DNA from: Nitrospirota bacterium
GTDB taxonomy: Bacteria; UBA2233
Assembly: GCA_011620345.1 (NCBI GenBank)
Contig: WOZJ01000066.1
Coordinates: forward strand, 1-64,000
Direction: 5' to 3'
DNA length: 64,000 nucleotides
Every line of letters begins with the position of its first letter. The stretch's first letter is position 1. Both the position numbers and the translations under genes were made by a program. The notes under the pieces were generated by a model, which was not told where the DNA came from, ran no database searches, and saw only the letters and a list, made by a program, of their open reading frames with translations. Positions 45,571 through 54,985 of the stretch are shown piece after piece.

Positions 45571-47315
45571 GCCCATCGAGCACGAAGCAGGATTTTTTCA
45601 AACTGCTGAACTATGTCAAGCCCTATAAGCTCAGGCTTCTAGGGGCGCTCCTTTGCATGGTTGTCGTCGGGGGGCTAACATCGGCGTCTGCTTTCATCGT
45701 TAAACCCACGTTCGACAACATCTTCTTGAACCGGGATGCATTCATGCTGAAGCTTATCCCGCTGTTGATCGTCGGAATTTTCGCATTTAAGGGGGTCTTC
45801 TTCTACTTCAACCAGTACCTGACTGGCTACGTCGGCCACAAGATCATGATGGACATAAGGAGCGACCTGATCACCAAGCTCCTTAGCCTCTCGGCATCGT
45901 TTTTCCAGCGTGACCAGTCGGGCGTTATGATCTCCCGGGTGACCAACGACGTCAATTTGCTCAAAGATACCGTATCCGTCGTGCTTACCAGGATCGTCAA
46001 GGACAGCTTTACCGTGGTGGGGCTGCTTTTTGTAGCGCTCTACAGGGATCCAATGCTTTCGCTTATCTCGTTTACCGTGTTCCCGGCGTTTGTGTTTCCG
46101 ATCGTCCAGTTTGGCAGGCGATTGAAGAGGGTGTCCCACCAAAGCCAGTATACGATCGGAGAAATCACCTCCTTTTTGCAAGAAATGCTCCTTAGCTACC
46201 CCGTCATTGCGGCATTCAGGCTTGAAGAGGTACAAAAGGCGAGGTTCAAGCAGAAAAATGAGCGCCTCTTCAAGCTGGCCCTCAAGCAAATCCGGATCTC
46301 TGGCATCTCCACGCCGATCGTGGAGGTCGTAGCGGCCACGGGAATCGCCTTTACTGTCGCCTACGGCGGCTATGTAGTCTTCAAGGGGGAGAGCACGCCG
46401 GGCAACTTCTTCTCGTTCATTGCGGCCGTTGCGATGATGTACGACCCCTTCAAGAAGCTCTCGGACGTGAACAACGTCATCCAGCAAGGCCTTGCGGCGG
46501 CAAACCGCATCTTTTCCGTTCTTGACGAGAAGCCAGACATCCAAGACGCCCCAGGCGCGGCGGCGCTCGAAACCTTTCAGGACGGGATCGAGCTCGAGAA
46601 CGTATGGTTCTCTTACCAAGGGCCTGAGGGGCCGTTTGCCCTTCGGGGGGTCAGCCTGGCAATCCCGAAAGGGGCGGTTACGGCGATCGTAGGCGAGTCC
46701 GGAGCCGGCAAGTCCAGCCTAATAAGCCTTCTTCTCAGGTTTTGGGACCCTACCAAGGGCCGTATTCTTCTTGACGGGCATGATTTGCGAAGCATTACGC
46801 TCGCCTCGCTCCGCGACAAGTTTGCCATCGTTACGCAGCATACAATGCTGTTCGACGACACGATAATCAACAACATCCGCTACGGGAGACTAGGTGCATC
46901 GGACGAGGAGATTGAGCGGGCGGCCAAGGCGGCCTTTGCGCACGAGTTTATCCAGAAGCTCCCTGGAGGCTACCAAACGAATTTGGGCGAGCTAGGCATG
47001 AAGCTCTCGGGCGGCCAGCGACAAAGGATCGCGATTGCAAGGGCCCTCCTCAAAGACGCCCCCATCCTCATCCTGGACGAGGCGATGTCCTCGCTCGACG
47101 CGGAATCCGAGCACTCCATTCAGCTTGCGATGAAGAACCTGATGGCCGGCCGGACGACCATCGTCATTGCCCACAGGCTCTCGACTGTAAAGAATGCCAA
47201 AGCGATCGTGGTAATGGAGCAGGGCCGGATTATCGAGATGGGCAACCATGAATCGCTCCTTGCAAAGGAGGAGCGTTACGCCAGGCTCTTCAAGCTCCAA
47301 CTTCTTGGCACCTGA
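45567..47315 (+). CDS. msbA: Lipid A export ABC transporter
   Basis: TM domain plus GESGAGKS, LSGGQRQR, LDEA, IAHRLST; lpx context. Confidence 0.9.
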   Translation: MSPSSTKQDFFKLLNYVKPYKLRLLGALLCMVVVGGLTSASAFIVKPTFDNIFLNRDAFMLKLIPLLIVGIFAFKGVFFYFNQYLTGYVGHKIMMDIRSDLITKLLSLSASFFQRDQSGVMISRVTNDVNLLKDTVSVVLTRIVKDSFTVVGLLFVALYRDPMLSLISFTVFPAFVFPIVQFGRRLKRVSHQSQYTIGEITSFLQEMLLSYPVIAAFRLEEVQKARFKQKNERLFKLALKQIRISGISTPIVEVVAATGIAFTVAYGGYVVFKGESTPGNFFSFIAAVAMMYDPFKKLSDVNNVIQQGLAAANRIFSVLDEKPDIQDAPGAAALETFQDGIELENVWFSYQGPEGPFALRGVSLAIPKGAVTAIVGESGAGKSSLISLLLRFWDPTKGRILLDGHDLRSITLASLRDKFAIVTQHTMLFDDTIINNIRYGRLGASDEEIERAAKAAFAHEFIQKLPGGYQTNLGELGMKLSGGQRQRIAIARALLKDAPILILDEAMSSLDAESEHSIQLAMKNLMAGRTTIVIAHRLSTVKNAKAIVVMEQGRIIEMGNHESLLAKEERYARLFKLQLLGT

Positions 47316-47334
47316 CCGAAGGGGACAAAGTTCC

Positions 47335-48705
47335 TTGCAGCGCGTATTCGAGTGGGCCTGGCTTTCGCTCTACACGCTCTTCGGCTTGATGTTCTACGCG
47401 ATGTACGCTCCTTGGCTTCTTTTGAGGCATACCGTGGTGGGTCATGCGAAGGCCCAGATGTCCAACGGGTTTTTGTTTAGGCTAGGCCTGGTTCCAGGCG
47501 CTATCGGGAAGGTTGAATCGCCCGTTTGGTTCCATGCCGTTTCCGTCGGCGAAATGTTGACGATTGTCCCGCTAATCAAGGCTTTTCGATCTAGGCATCC
47601 AGGCATCCCTGCCCTCGTGACCACCGTGACCGAGGCCGGACAAAGGGCCGCAATCCAGGCGCTTGAGGGTACGGGTTGCATCGTGGCCTACTTCCCGTTG
47701 GACGTGCTGCCCGTTGTTTCCCGTGTCCTTTCCAGGGTCAACCCGAGGCTTTTTGTGTTTAGTGAAAACGAGATCTGGCCGGCGTTTCTGTTCGTGCTCG
47801 AGAAAAGGGGCGTTCCGGCCGTTATGGTCAACGGCCGGGTATCCGAGAGGTCCCTTAGGCGGTTTTCAAGGGTTCCTTTGTTTCGGCATGCGTTCAAGAG
47901 GGTAAGCGTGTTCTCTCTCCAGTCGAGGAAAGATTACGACAGGCTCGTCGGTTTTGGCATTGACCCTTCGAGGCTGCGGTTCTTCGGAAATCTAAAAGTG
48001 GACAGGGCGCTTCTTGCGGCCGCCCAGCTTCTTACACCTCCAGAGGTCTTTTCGTTGAAAGCGTGGAAGGCCAAGAAGGGGGGACTCTGGATCGTCGGCG
48101 GTTCGACCCACAAAGGGGAAGAAGAGGCCCTTCTGCGCGCCCTTGGGGTGCTTTTGGACGCCGGAGTCCAAGCCACGCTTCTCTTGGCGCCAAGGCACTT
48201 AGAGCGGCTCGCTTCGATAGAGTCTCTTTTGAAAGAAAAGCGTGCAAGATACACCCGTTTAGGCACGATTGGAGATACAGAACGTTTCGACAAGGATGTT
48301 GTGCTCATCGACAGGATGGGTACGTTATTTTCTGTGTACAGCTTGGCGGACGTCGCCTTCGTTGGTGGCTCGCTCGTTCCAAAAGGCGGGCATAACATCC
48401 TGGAGCCTCTGATGCTTGGCGTTCCGGTGCTGTTTGGAGAGCACACGGAGAACATCGGCGAGCTCGCCCAGGGTGTCTTAGAGCTTGGCCTCGGCAAGAG
48501 GCTCAAGGATACATCGGCGCTCGAAGAAGAGCTTTTGTCTTTGGCAAGACGGCCGGAATCGCTCAAGGAGGCGGCCAGCCGATGCAGGGCGTTCATCTTG
48601 GAGCACAAAGGGGCGCTGGAAGCAACGGCCGAGCTCCTTTTTGAGCTTGTACATGAGGCCGGTGGAGTGCGCATCAAGCCCGGGTCTTCTTTGGATGTTC
48701 GCTAG
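47335..48705 (+). CDS. waaA: Kdo transferase
   Basis: WFHAVSVGE, ENEIWP, NGRVS, GNLK, GSTH, APRH, GGHNILEP; TTG start inferred. Confidence 0.93.
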   Translation: MQRVFEWAWLSLYTLFGLMFYAMYAPWLLLRHTVVGHAKAQMSNGFLFRLGLVPGAIGKVESPVWFHAVSVGEMLTIVPLIKAFRSRHPGIPALVTTVTEAGQRAAIQALEGTGCIVAYFPLDVLPVVSRVLSRVNPRLFVFSENEIWPAFLFVLEKRGVPAVMVNGRVSERSLRRFSRVPLFRHAFKRVSVFSLQSRKDYDRLVGFGIDPSRLRFFGNLKVDRALLAAAQLLTPPEVFSLKAWKAKKGGLWIVGGSTHKGEEEALLRALGVLLDAGVQATLLLAPRHLERLASIESLLKEKRARYTRLGTIGDTERFDKDVVLIDRMGTLFSVYSLADVAFVGGSLVPKGGHNILEPLMLGVPVLFGEHTENIGELAQGVLELGLGKRLKDTSALEEELLSLARRPESLKEAASRCRAFILEHKGALEATAELLFELVHEAGGVRIKPGSSLDVR

Positions 48706-49726
48706 GCCTCTTTTTGGAATGCTGGGGCTCGGGCTGGAAAAGGCGTATTTTAGCGCGGGGATTTTAAGGCGCGCGTTCATCCACACAAAGCGCGTGGACG
48801 CATGCGTCCTTAGCGTGGGCAATCTCGTGTTCGGAGGCTCGGGCAAGACTCCGCTCGTAGGATTTCTTGCAAGGGCTCTCAAGGAGCGGGGAGAGGCCGT
48901 AGGGGTCGTTCTCAAGGGCTATAAAGGAAAACGGAGCCGAGACCCGCTGATCGTATCGGACGGCAAAAACCTCCTTGCAAGAGTTGCGGAATCGGGGGAT
49001 GAGGCCTTTGCGCTCGCTTTGAGTCTCCCCGGCGTGCCTGTTGTGGTGGGAAAAAACAGGTTTCAAGCCGCGCTTGTCCTGACAGAGCGCTTTTTACCCG
49101 GGTGGGTGCTTTTAGACGACGGCTTCTCTCAACCCTACCTTGCAAAAGACCTCGAGCTTGTCTTGTTGACCGGAGAGGAGTTTGACAGAAGGCTTGCCGG
49201 AATAGGAGTTAAGTCTCTCCTTCGGGAGCCGATTGGGGCGCTCAAGCGGGCGAATGCGTTGATCGTGCCGGAGTGCCTTCCCCCCAAAGGACAGGAGGCG
49301 ATCGAAGCTTTTGTTGCCAACGAGGGTGTTGCCGCGCCCATTCTTCGACTCGTTCGCTCCCCTAGGGCGCTTTTGGACCTAGTCACGGGAAAGGAGCTGC
49401 CCTTGGATGTCGTTGAGGGCAAAAAAATTGTCGGGCTGGCGGGGATCGCAAGGCCAGAGCGATTTTTTCGCCTCCTAGATGGGTTATACGGTCCTATCGC
49501 TGGACGGTTGGCCTTCGAAGACCACGCACCGTATACTGCAAATAGGGTTCGGGGTCTGATGGAAGCCGTCAAAGGGGCGAGCGTGGTTTGTACGTTCAAA
49601 GATTACGTAAAGCTCGTGGCGTTCCGTGCCTCTTTTTCGGAAAAGGACGTGCTCGCCTTGATGGAAGACGTTCGGCTTGAGCCTAGAGAAACGCTCGAGC
49701 GGCTGCTCTTTGGGGGGGGTGAGTGA
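48695..49726 (+). CDS. lpxK: Tetraacyldisaccharide 4'-kinase
   Basis: VGNL.FGGSGKTP, GDE, LDDGF, LREP, AGIARP, F.DH, T.KD.VK; start could be 48653. Confidence 0.92.
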   Translation: MFARPLFGMLGLGLEKAYFSAGILRRAFIHTKRVDACVLSVGNLVFGGSGKTPLVGFLARALKERGEAVGVVLKGYKGKRSRDPLIVSDGKNLLARVAESGDEAFALALSLPGVPVVVGKNRFQAALVLTERFLPGWVLLDDGFSQPYLAKDLELVLLTGEEFDRRLAGIGVKSLLREPIGALKRANALIVPECLPPKGQEAIEAFVANEGVAAPILRLVRSPRALLDLVTGKELPLDVVEGKKIVGLAGIARPERFFRLLDGLYGPIAGRLAFEDHAPYTANRVRGLMEAVKGASVVCTFKDYVKLVAFRASFSEKDVLALMEDVRLEPRETLERLLFGGGE

Positions 49727-50283
49727 ATCATCCCGCGGTGTTCCTGGATCGTGACGGGACGCTGTCCGAAGAGATTGGCTACATGACAGACCCAAGCAAG
49801 CTTGTGCTTATCCAAGGTGCGGCAGAGGCGCTTAAGCGACTGGCCGATGCAGGGTTTAGGCTGGTCGTCGTAACGAACCAGTCTGGGGTATCGAGGGGCT
49901 ACTTTGGGCTAAAGGATCTCCTTTTGGCCAACGAGCGCCTTGAGAGGCTTTTTTTTGAGCATGGCGTCGCGCTCGATGGGATCTATGCCTGTCCGCATGT
50001 CCCTGCGTTTGGTTGTTCGTGCAGAAAGCCCATGCCCGCGCTCTTGATAGAGGCGGCCATAGAGCACGGGCTCGATCTTCGAAGGAGTTTTGTCGTGGGC
50101 GATAAGCTTACCGACGTAGAGCTTGGAAAGCGCCTTGCGATCCCCTCCGTTCTTCTTTTGACAGGGTTTGGAAGGGCTGAGCTCGTCAAAATGCAAACGG
50201 ACGGCCCGATACGCTTCAAGCCAGACCTGGTGGCGGCCGATATCCTCGAGGCAAGCAAGTGGATCTTGAGCCGAGGCATTTAG
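49723..50283 (+). CDS. gmhB: D,D-heptose 1,7-bisphosphate phosphatase
   Basis: FLDRDGT, TNQSG, CPH...CSCRKP, VGDK.TD. Confidence 0.9.
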   Translation: MNHPAVFLDRDGTLSEEIGYMTDPSKLVLIQGAAEALKRLADAGFRLVVVTNQSGVSRGYFGLKDLLLANERLERLFFEHGVALDGIYACPHVPAFGCSCRKPMPALLIEAAIEHGLDLRRSFVVGDKLTDVELGKRLAIPSVLLLTGFGRAELVKMQTDGPIRFKPDLVAADILEASKWILSRGI

Positions 50284-51287
50284 AAGAGTGCCTTTTAGCC
50301 GTTCGCCGGTTTAGCTCACTCAGGTTAGCCGTCGTGGGCGACCTGGTGGTGGACGAGCACGTCTACGGCCAGACCTCTAGGGTCTCCAGGGAGGCGCCCG
50401 TTTTGATCCTGAAGGAAACGAAGCGTTTGCTTGCCGCAGGCGGAGCAGGCAACGCCTTCCTCAACGCCAAGGAGCTAGGGGCGTCGGCAAAGCTGTTTGG
50501 GGCGGTAGGGGCCGATTGGGAGGCTAAAGCGCTCGTTGAGTCGTTTGCGGGGAAGGGGTTTGAAGTGGACGGGATCGTCTCTTGCCAGTCCTACCTTACC
50601 CCTCGCCTTACGAGAATCTGGGCAGGGTCACACCATACGAGCCATCAGCAGGTCATCCGTCTGGATCGGGAAGGACAGGAGCATATCGATCGTGCCGCAT
50701 TCGATGCGCTTCTAGAGGCCCTTTGCAAGGATTTTGAGAAGGGCTTCGATGGCGTTCTTCTCTCGGATTACGCAAGGGGCTCGATCCCAAAGGCTTGGAG
50801 GGGGGACCTTATTTCTTTGTTGATAAAAGCCAAGGTCCCAGTGTTCGTCGATGCCAGAAAGGCGTTTACGGAATACAAAGGGGCATCCTATTTCTTACCT
50901 TCCGAGTCGGAAGTCGAGGAGTGCTTAGGGGTCAGGCTAAACAGCGACCCTGCCGCCATCGAGCAGGCGGGGTTTACGCTGCTCCGAGCGCTAGGCAAAA
51001 AGACCAAGGCGCTCGTCATGACGCTTGGGTCGATGGGAATGGCCGTCTTCGAGCCCGGAAACAAAGCGGTTTTCCTAAAGGCCGTCGGGGCGACAGAGGT
51101 GACCGACGTGACTGGGGCCGGCGATACGGTGACGGCCGTGTTTTCCCTGGCGTGCTTGGCGGGGTTAGCCCCCGTGAAGGCCGCCATTCTGGCCAATATC
51201 GCGGGCGGGATCGTGGTGATGAAGCGCGGATGCGCCCAAGTTACCCAAGAGGAGCTCGCCCAAGGGATGATCCATGCGTTTGCCTAG
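50259..51287 (+). CDS. HldA/RfaE domain I-like PfkB kinase (copy 1, divergent)
   Basis: GDLVVD, RVSREAPV, GGAGN, SDY, DVTGAGDT. Confidence 0.82.
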   Translation: MDLEPRHLEECLLAVRRFSSLRLAVVGDLVVDEHVYGQTSRVSREAPVLILKETKRLLAAGGAGNAFLNAKELGASAKLFGAVGADWEAKALVESFAGKGFEVDGIVSCQSYLTPRLTRIWAGSHHTSHQQVIRLDREGQEHIDRAAFDALLEALCKDFEKGFDGVLLSDYARGSIPKAWRGDLISLLIKAKVPVFVDARKAFTEYKGASYFLPSESEVEECLGVRLNSDPAAIEQAGFTLLRALGKKTKALVMTLGSMGMAVFEPGNKAVFLKAVGATEVTDVTGAGDTVTAVFSLACLAGLAPVKAAILANIAGGIVVMKRGCAQVTQEELAQGMIHAFA

Positions 51288-51765
51288 CGCGCCCATCGTT
51301 TCGTTGGATGAGCTCAAGGCCCTGCTTGAAGGCCTTAACCCAAGGCCTAAGACCGTCCTTACGAACGGCGTGTTCGATATTCTGCATGCGGGACATGCAA
51401 GCTACCTGGAGGCCGCCTCGAACCTCGGCGACATCCTGATCGTCGCCTTGAACGATGATGCCTCTGCTTTGGCGCTCAAAGGAAAGGATAGGCCCGTGCT
51501 CAAGCTTGAAGACCGTCTACGGCTCGTTGCATCTTTTCGGTGGGTCGATTACGTGACTTGGTTTTCCGAGCTCAAACTGGATCGTGTCCTTGAGGCGCTT
51601 AGGCCGGATATCCATGCCAAAGGAGTGGATTACGGAGGGACCGGCGTTCCTGAGGCCCGCCTTGCCAAGTCTTTAGGGGTTCAAGTGGCGCTTGTAGGAG
51701 AGCCAAAGAGGCTATCCACAACGGGCTTGATTGCGCATATTCGAAATACCGACCAAACGTCTTGA
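51274..51765 (+). CDS. hldC: HldC/RfaE domain II nucleotidyltransferase
   Basis: TNGVFDILHAGH, LKG..RP, KG.DY, STT. Confidence 0.85.
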   Translation: MRLPSAPIVSLDELKALLEGLNPRPKTVLTNGVFDILHAGHASYLEAASNLGDILIVALNDDASALALKGKDRPVLKLEDRLRLVASFRWVDYVTWFSELKLDRVLEALRPDIHAKGVDYGGTGVPEARLAKSLGVQVALVGEPKRLSTTGLIAHIRNTDQTS

Positions 51766-51775
51766 AAGGGAACCC

Positions 51776-51955
51776 ATGGGAATCCAAAAAGACCTTCTCG
51801 AGATCCTTGCATGTCCCAAATGCAAAGGAGGGCTGACGCTCACCCCGCAAGAAGACGGGTTTATTTGCGAGGCTTGTCAAATTCTCTACCCGATCGAAGA
51901 CGACATTCCAGTCTTGCTCGAAGAAGAGGCAAAGCCCCTTAAGAAAACGAGCTGA
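51776..51955 (+). CDS. Trm112/YcaR family protein
   Basis: LLEILACPKCKG...C..C..YPIEDDIPVLL. Confidence 0.9.
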   Translation: MGIQKDLLEILACPKCKGGLTLTPQEDGFICEACQILYPIEDDIPVLLEEEAKPLKKTS

Positions 51956-51966
51956 TTCGCCTCGTC

Positions 51967-53004
51967 ATGGAGCGCCTGCTCTTTCTCGATACGGCCTACT
52001 TGGGGGATTGTCTTCTTAGTCTGCCGCTCCTCGAGGCGTTGGCCCAATCTGGGAAAAACTTCGAAATCGGGGTGGTCACCACTCCTTTGGCCCAAGACCT
52101 GTTTGCGCGAAGGCCTGGCGTTGTAGAGGTGTTTGTCTGGGACAAAAGGAAGGACAAAACCCCTTGGGGGCTCTACAAGACGGCCAAAAGGCTCGAGGGC
52201 TTCGGGGCGGCCCTTGCCGTATCTGCCCATAAATCGGCACGCTCTGCCGTATTGCTCGCGCTTGCCAGGGTGCCTTTACGCGTGGGGTTCTCTACGGCCA
52301 AGCTTTCTTTCCTCTACCATGCGCTGGTGCCAGAGGATACGACCCTGCCTGTGGTAAAAAGAAAGCTTCGGCTCCTTTCGGCGCTCGGGCTGCCGGTGCC
52401 CGAAAGGTGCGTTCCCTTGAGCGATCCTGGCGTTGACCCGGCACAGAAGGCGCGCGTGCAGGCGATGCTGGTCCAAGTGTTCGGCTATTTGCCCTTCGAG
52501 CTCGTGGGCCTGGCGCCGGGTTCCGTCTGGCAGACAAAACGCTGGCCGGCGGGGCACTTCATCGAGCTCATCAAGATGTTCAAAGTACGGCTCGGGATGG
52601 AGTGTGTCCTCATTGGAGGACAGGAAGATCGCACGATTGCCAGGGAAATCCAAAAGGGCCTTCCTTTTCCATTGGCGGACTTTACAGGAAGGACTACGAT
52701 CGCCGACCTGTTTGCAGCGATACAAGCCTTAAAACTGCTCGTTAGCAATGATTCCGCCCCGATGCACGTTGCATTCCTGTTAGGCGTCCCGGTCGTAGGA
52801 ATATTTGGCCCGACAACCGCGCGGTTTGGGTTCGTCCCGTTCGGAGAAAACACGCGCGTGGCCGAAATCGAGCTGTCTTGCAGGCCGTGCGCGCGCCACG
52901 GCGGAAGGCACTGCCCAAAGGGGCACTTTCTTTGCATGCGTGGGCTTGACCCTGAGAAGGTGTTTGAGATGGGTGGTTCGCTCCTTGCCCGTCCCAGGCA
53001 GTGA
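51967..53004 (+). CDS. waaF: GT9 LPS heptosyltransferase (WaaF-like)
   Basis: LGD, APGS.W.TKRWP, NDSAPMH, IFGPT, CRPC...C. Confidence 0.8.
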   Translation: MERLLFLDTAYLGDCLLSLPLLEALAQSGKNFEIGVVTTPLAQDLFARRPGVVEVFVWDKRKDKTPWGLYKTAKRLEGFGAALAVSAHKSARSAVLLALARVPLRVGFSTAKLSFLYHALVPEDTTLPVVKRKLRLLSALGLPVPERCVPLSDPGVDPAQKARVQAMLVQVFGYLPFELVGLAPGSVWQTKRWPAGHFIELIKMFKVRLGMECVLIGGQEDRTIAREIQKGLPFPLADFTGRTTIADLFAAIQALKLLVSNDSAPMHVAFLLGVPVVGIFGPTTARFGFVPFGENTRVAEIELSCRPCARHGGRHCPKGHFLCMRGLDPEKVFEMGGSLLARPRQ

Positions 53005-53025
53005 TCGGTAAAAGGGCTTAGCCGG

Positions 53026-53823
53026 ATGGTCCAAGGGGTTTCATTGATCATCATTACGCGAAACGAAGAGGCCAACATCGAGGCCTGCTTAAAAAGCGCC
53101 GGTTTTGCGAGCGAAACGATCGTCGTGGATGCCCTAAGCGAGGATGCGACGGCAGAAATCGCGGGAAGGCTTGGAGCCAGGGTGGTTTCGCAACCCTGGA
53201 TGGGTTATGCCTATGCCAAGAGCCTGGCGCTAGATTTGGCGGCCGGTCCCTGGGTCTTGAGCCTCGATGCCGACGAGCGCGTCAGCAGTGCGCTCAAAGA
53301 GGAGATACTTAAGGTGTTCGAGCGGCCCATGCCCGGCGTAGCGGGCTATTTTATCCCTAGGCGCAGCCTTTTTTTGGGCCGGTGGATGAGAGCATCGGGC
53401 TTTTGGCCCGATTACCAGCTTAGGCTCTTTTTGAAGGCTAAGGCCCGCTTTGAAGACGTTCCCGTGCACGAGTCCGCCGTAATCGAGGGGAAAACGGCAA
53501 GGCTTTTTTCGCCGATCGAGCACTTTGCCTACGCCTCGCTCGATATGTACTTCGAAAAAATGCTCCGGTATGCAAGGCTATCATCGGGGATGATCGCCAA
53601 AAAAAAGAAGAAAGTCGGGATGGGCTCGGTCTTTGGCCATGGATTGGCCATGTTCCTTAAACGCTACCTCTTGAAGCGGGGTTTCCTGGACGGCCAGCAA
53701 GGGTTTGCGGTAGCGCTCCTTAGCGCCTTCCACGAATCTGCCAAGTACCTCTACGCTTGGGAAAAGCAAAAGAACCGCTGCGAGAATCATCCGGACGCCT
53801 TGCCAAAGCGTTTCTTACAGTGA
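53026..53823 (+). CDS. GT2 LPS glucosyltransferase (WaaE/KdtX-like)
   Basis: TRNEE, S.D.T, LDADE, PDYQLRL, VHE, GFLDG. Confidence 0.88.
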   Translation: MVQGVSLIIITRNEEANIEACLKSAGFASETIVVDALSEDATAEIAGRLGARVVSQPWMGYAYAKSLALDLAAGPWVLSLDADERVSSALKEEILKVFERPMPGVAGYFIPRRSLFLGRWMRASGFWPDYQLRLFLKAKARFEDVPVHESAVIEGKTARLFSPIEHFAYASLDMYFEKMLRYARLSSGMIAKKKKKVGMGSVFGHGLAMFLKRYLLKRGFLDGQQGFAVALLSAFHESAKYLYAWEKQKNRCENHPDALPKRFLQ

Positions 53824-53836
53824 AAGGAAAAAACGG

Positions 53837-54976
53837 TTGCAGAAGGATGAATCGAGGCTTAGGGTGATCCATATAGGCTCTTCCTTTGCCAAAGGCGGGC
53901 TTGAACGTTTCCCGGTACGTCTTGCTAAGGCCCAAGCGCGCCTAGGGGTTGAAACAAGCGTGCTGACGCACAAAGAGGCCTACATCTACCAATGTGCAAG
54001 AAAGTTGGGCGTCGATGTGTTCGGGGCGGAATCGAGAGCCCAGATGTTTTCCTGGCTTTGGCGCCAAAGAAAGCATGATGGCCCAACGGTGCTCCAGGTC
54101 AATGCCAACAAGGACCTTCCGATGGCCGTTCTAGCCAAGCGGTTCTTCGCAAAAGACAAGGTCAGGCTTATCTACAGGCGGGGAACCAGGGCAATGAAAC
54201 CAAAAACCGACCCCTACCACAGGCTGCTCTTTCGCGAGGTTGACTTGTTCATCGTCGTTTCGAGGTTCATTCATGACAACACGCTTCAAACCTACAAGGT
54301 TCCAGAGTCTCGCGTGCTATGCATCCATAACGGTGTGGATCCTGATTTTTTCGGAACAAAATCTGAGGGGAAGGCCTCTCTGCGTCAAGAGCTTGGCATT
54401 CCTGAAGAGGCGTTTGTCTTCGGCCAGGTTGCCAATTACGGGACTGGCAAATGCCCCGATGTATTCTTGAAGGGCGCGGAGCGGTTGGTCCTTCAGCAAG
54501 CCCAGGCCCTCCCGGTGTTTTTTTTGCTGGCCGGAGACGGGCCCCAGGACTACAGGCGTGAGCTCGATCGTCTCGCTAAAGACTTAAAGGTCTCCCCTTA
54601 CGTACGCTTTCTTGACTATCAAGAAGACTTAAGGCGTCTGTACGACGCCATTGATTGCGTGGTGCTTTGCTCGAGGGCCGAGCCCTTTGGCAACGTCCTT
54701 TTGGAGGCCATGTCCCTTAAGAAGCCCATCATTGCGGCAAGGAGCGGGGGGAACCCCGAAATCGTCGAAGAAGGGGTTACTGGGCTTCTCTTCGATCCTT
54801 TCGATGTTGAGGCCCTTGCCGAAGCGATGCGGCGCCTTCTTGAGGAAGAAGGCCATGCCCAGAGGTTTGGCGAGGCCGGTTTTCGGCGCTACTTGGAGCA
54901 TTTTAGGATGGATTCCTGTACGCGCTCTTATCTTGAGGCCTACAAAAGGCTCTTTCAAAAAGAGCCGTATCTTTAG
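53837..54976 (+). CDS. Glycosyltransferase family 4
   Basis: GGLE, HNGVD, EPFGNVLLE; TTG start. Confidence 0.9.
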   Translation: MQKDESRLRVIHIGSSFAKGGLERFPVRLAKAQARLGVETSVLTHKEAYIYQCARKLGVDVFGAESRAQMFSWLWRQRKHDGPTVLQVNANKDLPMAVLAKRFFAKDKVRLIYRRGTRAMKPKTDPYHRLLFREVDLFIVVSRFIHDNTLQTYKVPESRVLCIHNGVDPDFFGTKSEGKASLRQELGIPEEAFVFGQVANYGTGKCPDVFLKGAERLVLQQAQALPVFFLLAGDGPQDYRRELDRLAKDLKVSPYVRFLDYQEDLRRLYDAIDCVVLCSRAEPFGNVLLEAMSLKKPIIAARSGGNPEIVEEGVTGLLFDPFDVEALAEAMRRLLEEEGHAQRFGEAGFRRYLEHFRMDSCTRSYLEAYKRLFQKEPYL

Positions 54977-54985
54977 GAGTTCAAA

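Noticed and set aside
45675-46619. 314 aa antisense ORF (similar ones at 36687 and 61870)
   Set aside because: Shadows of msbA, bamA and ggt, expected at this GC content
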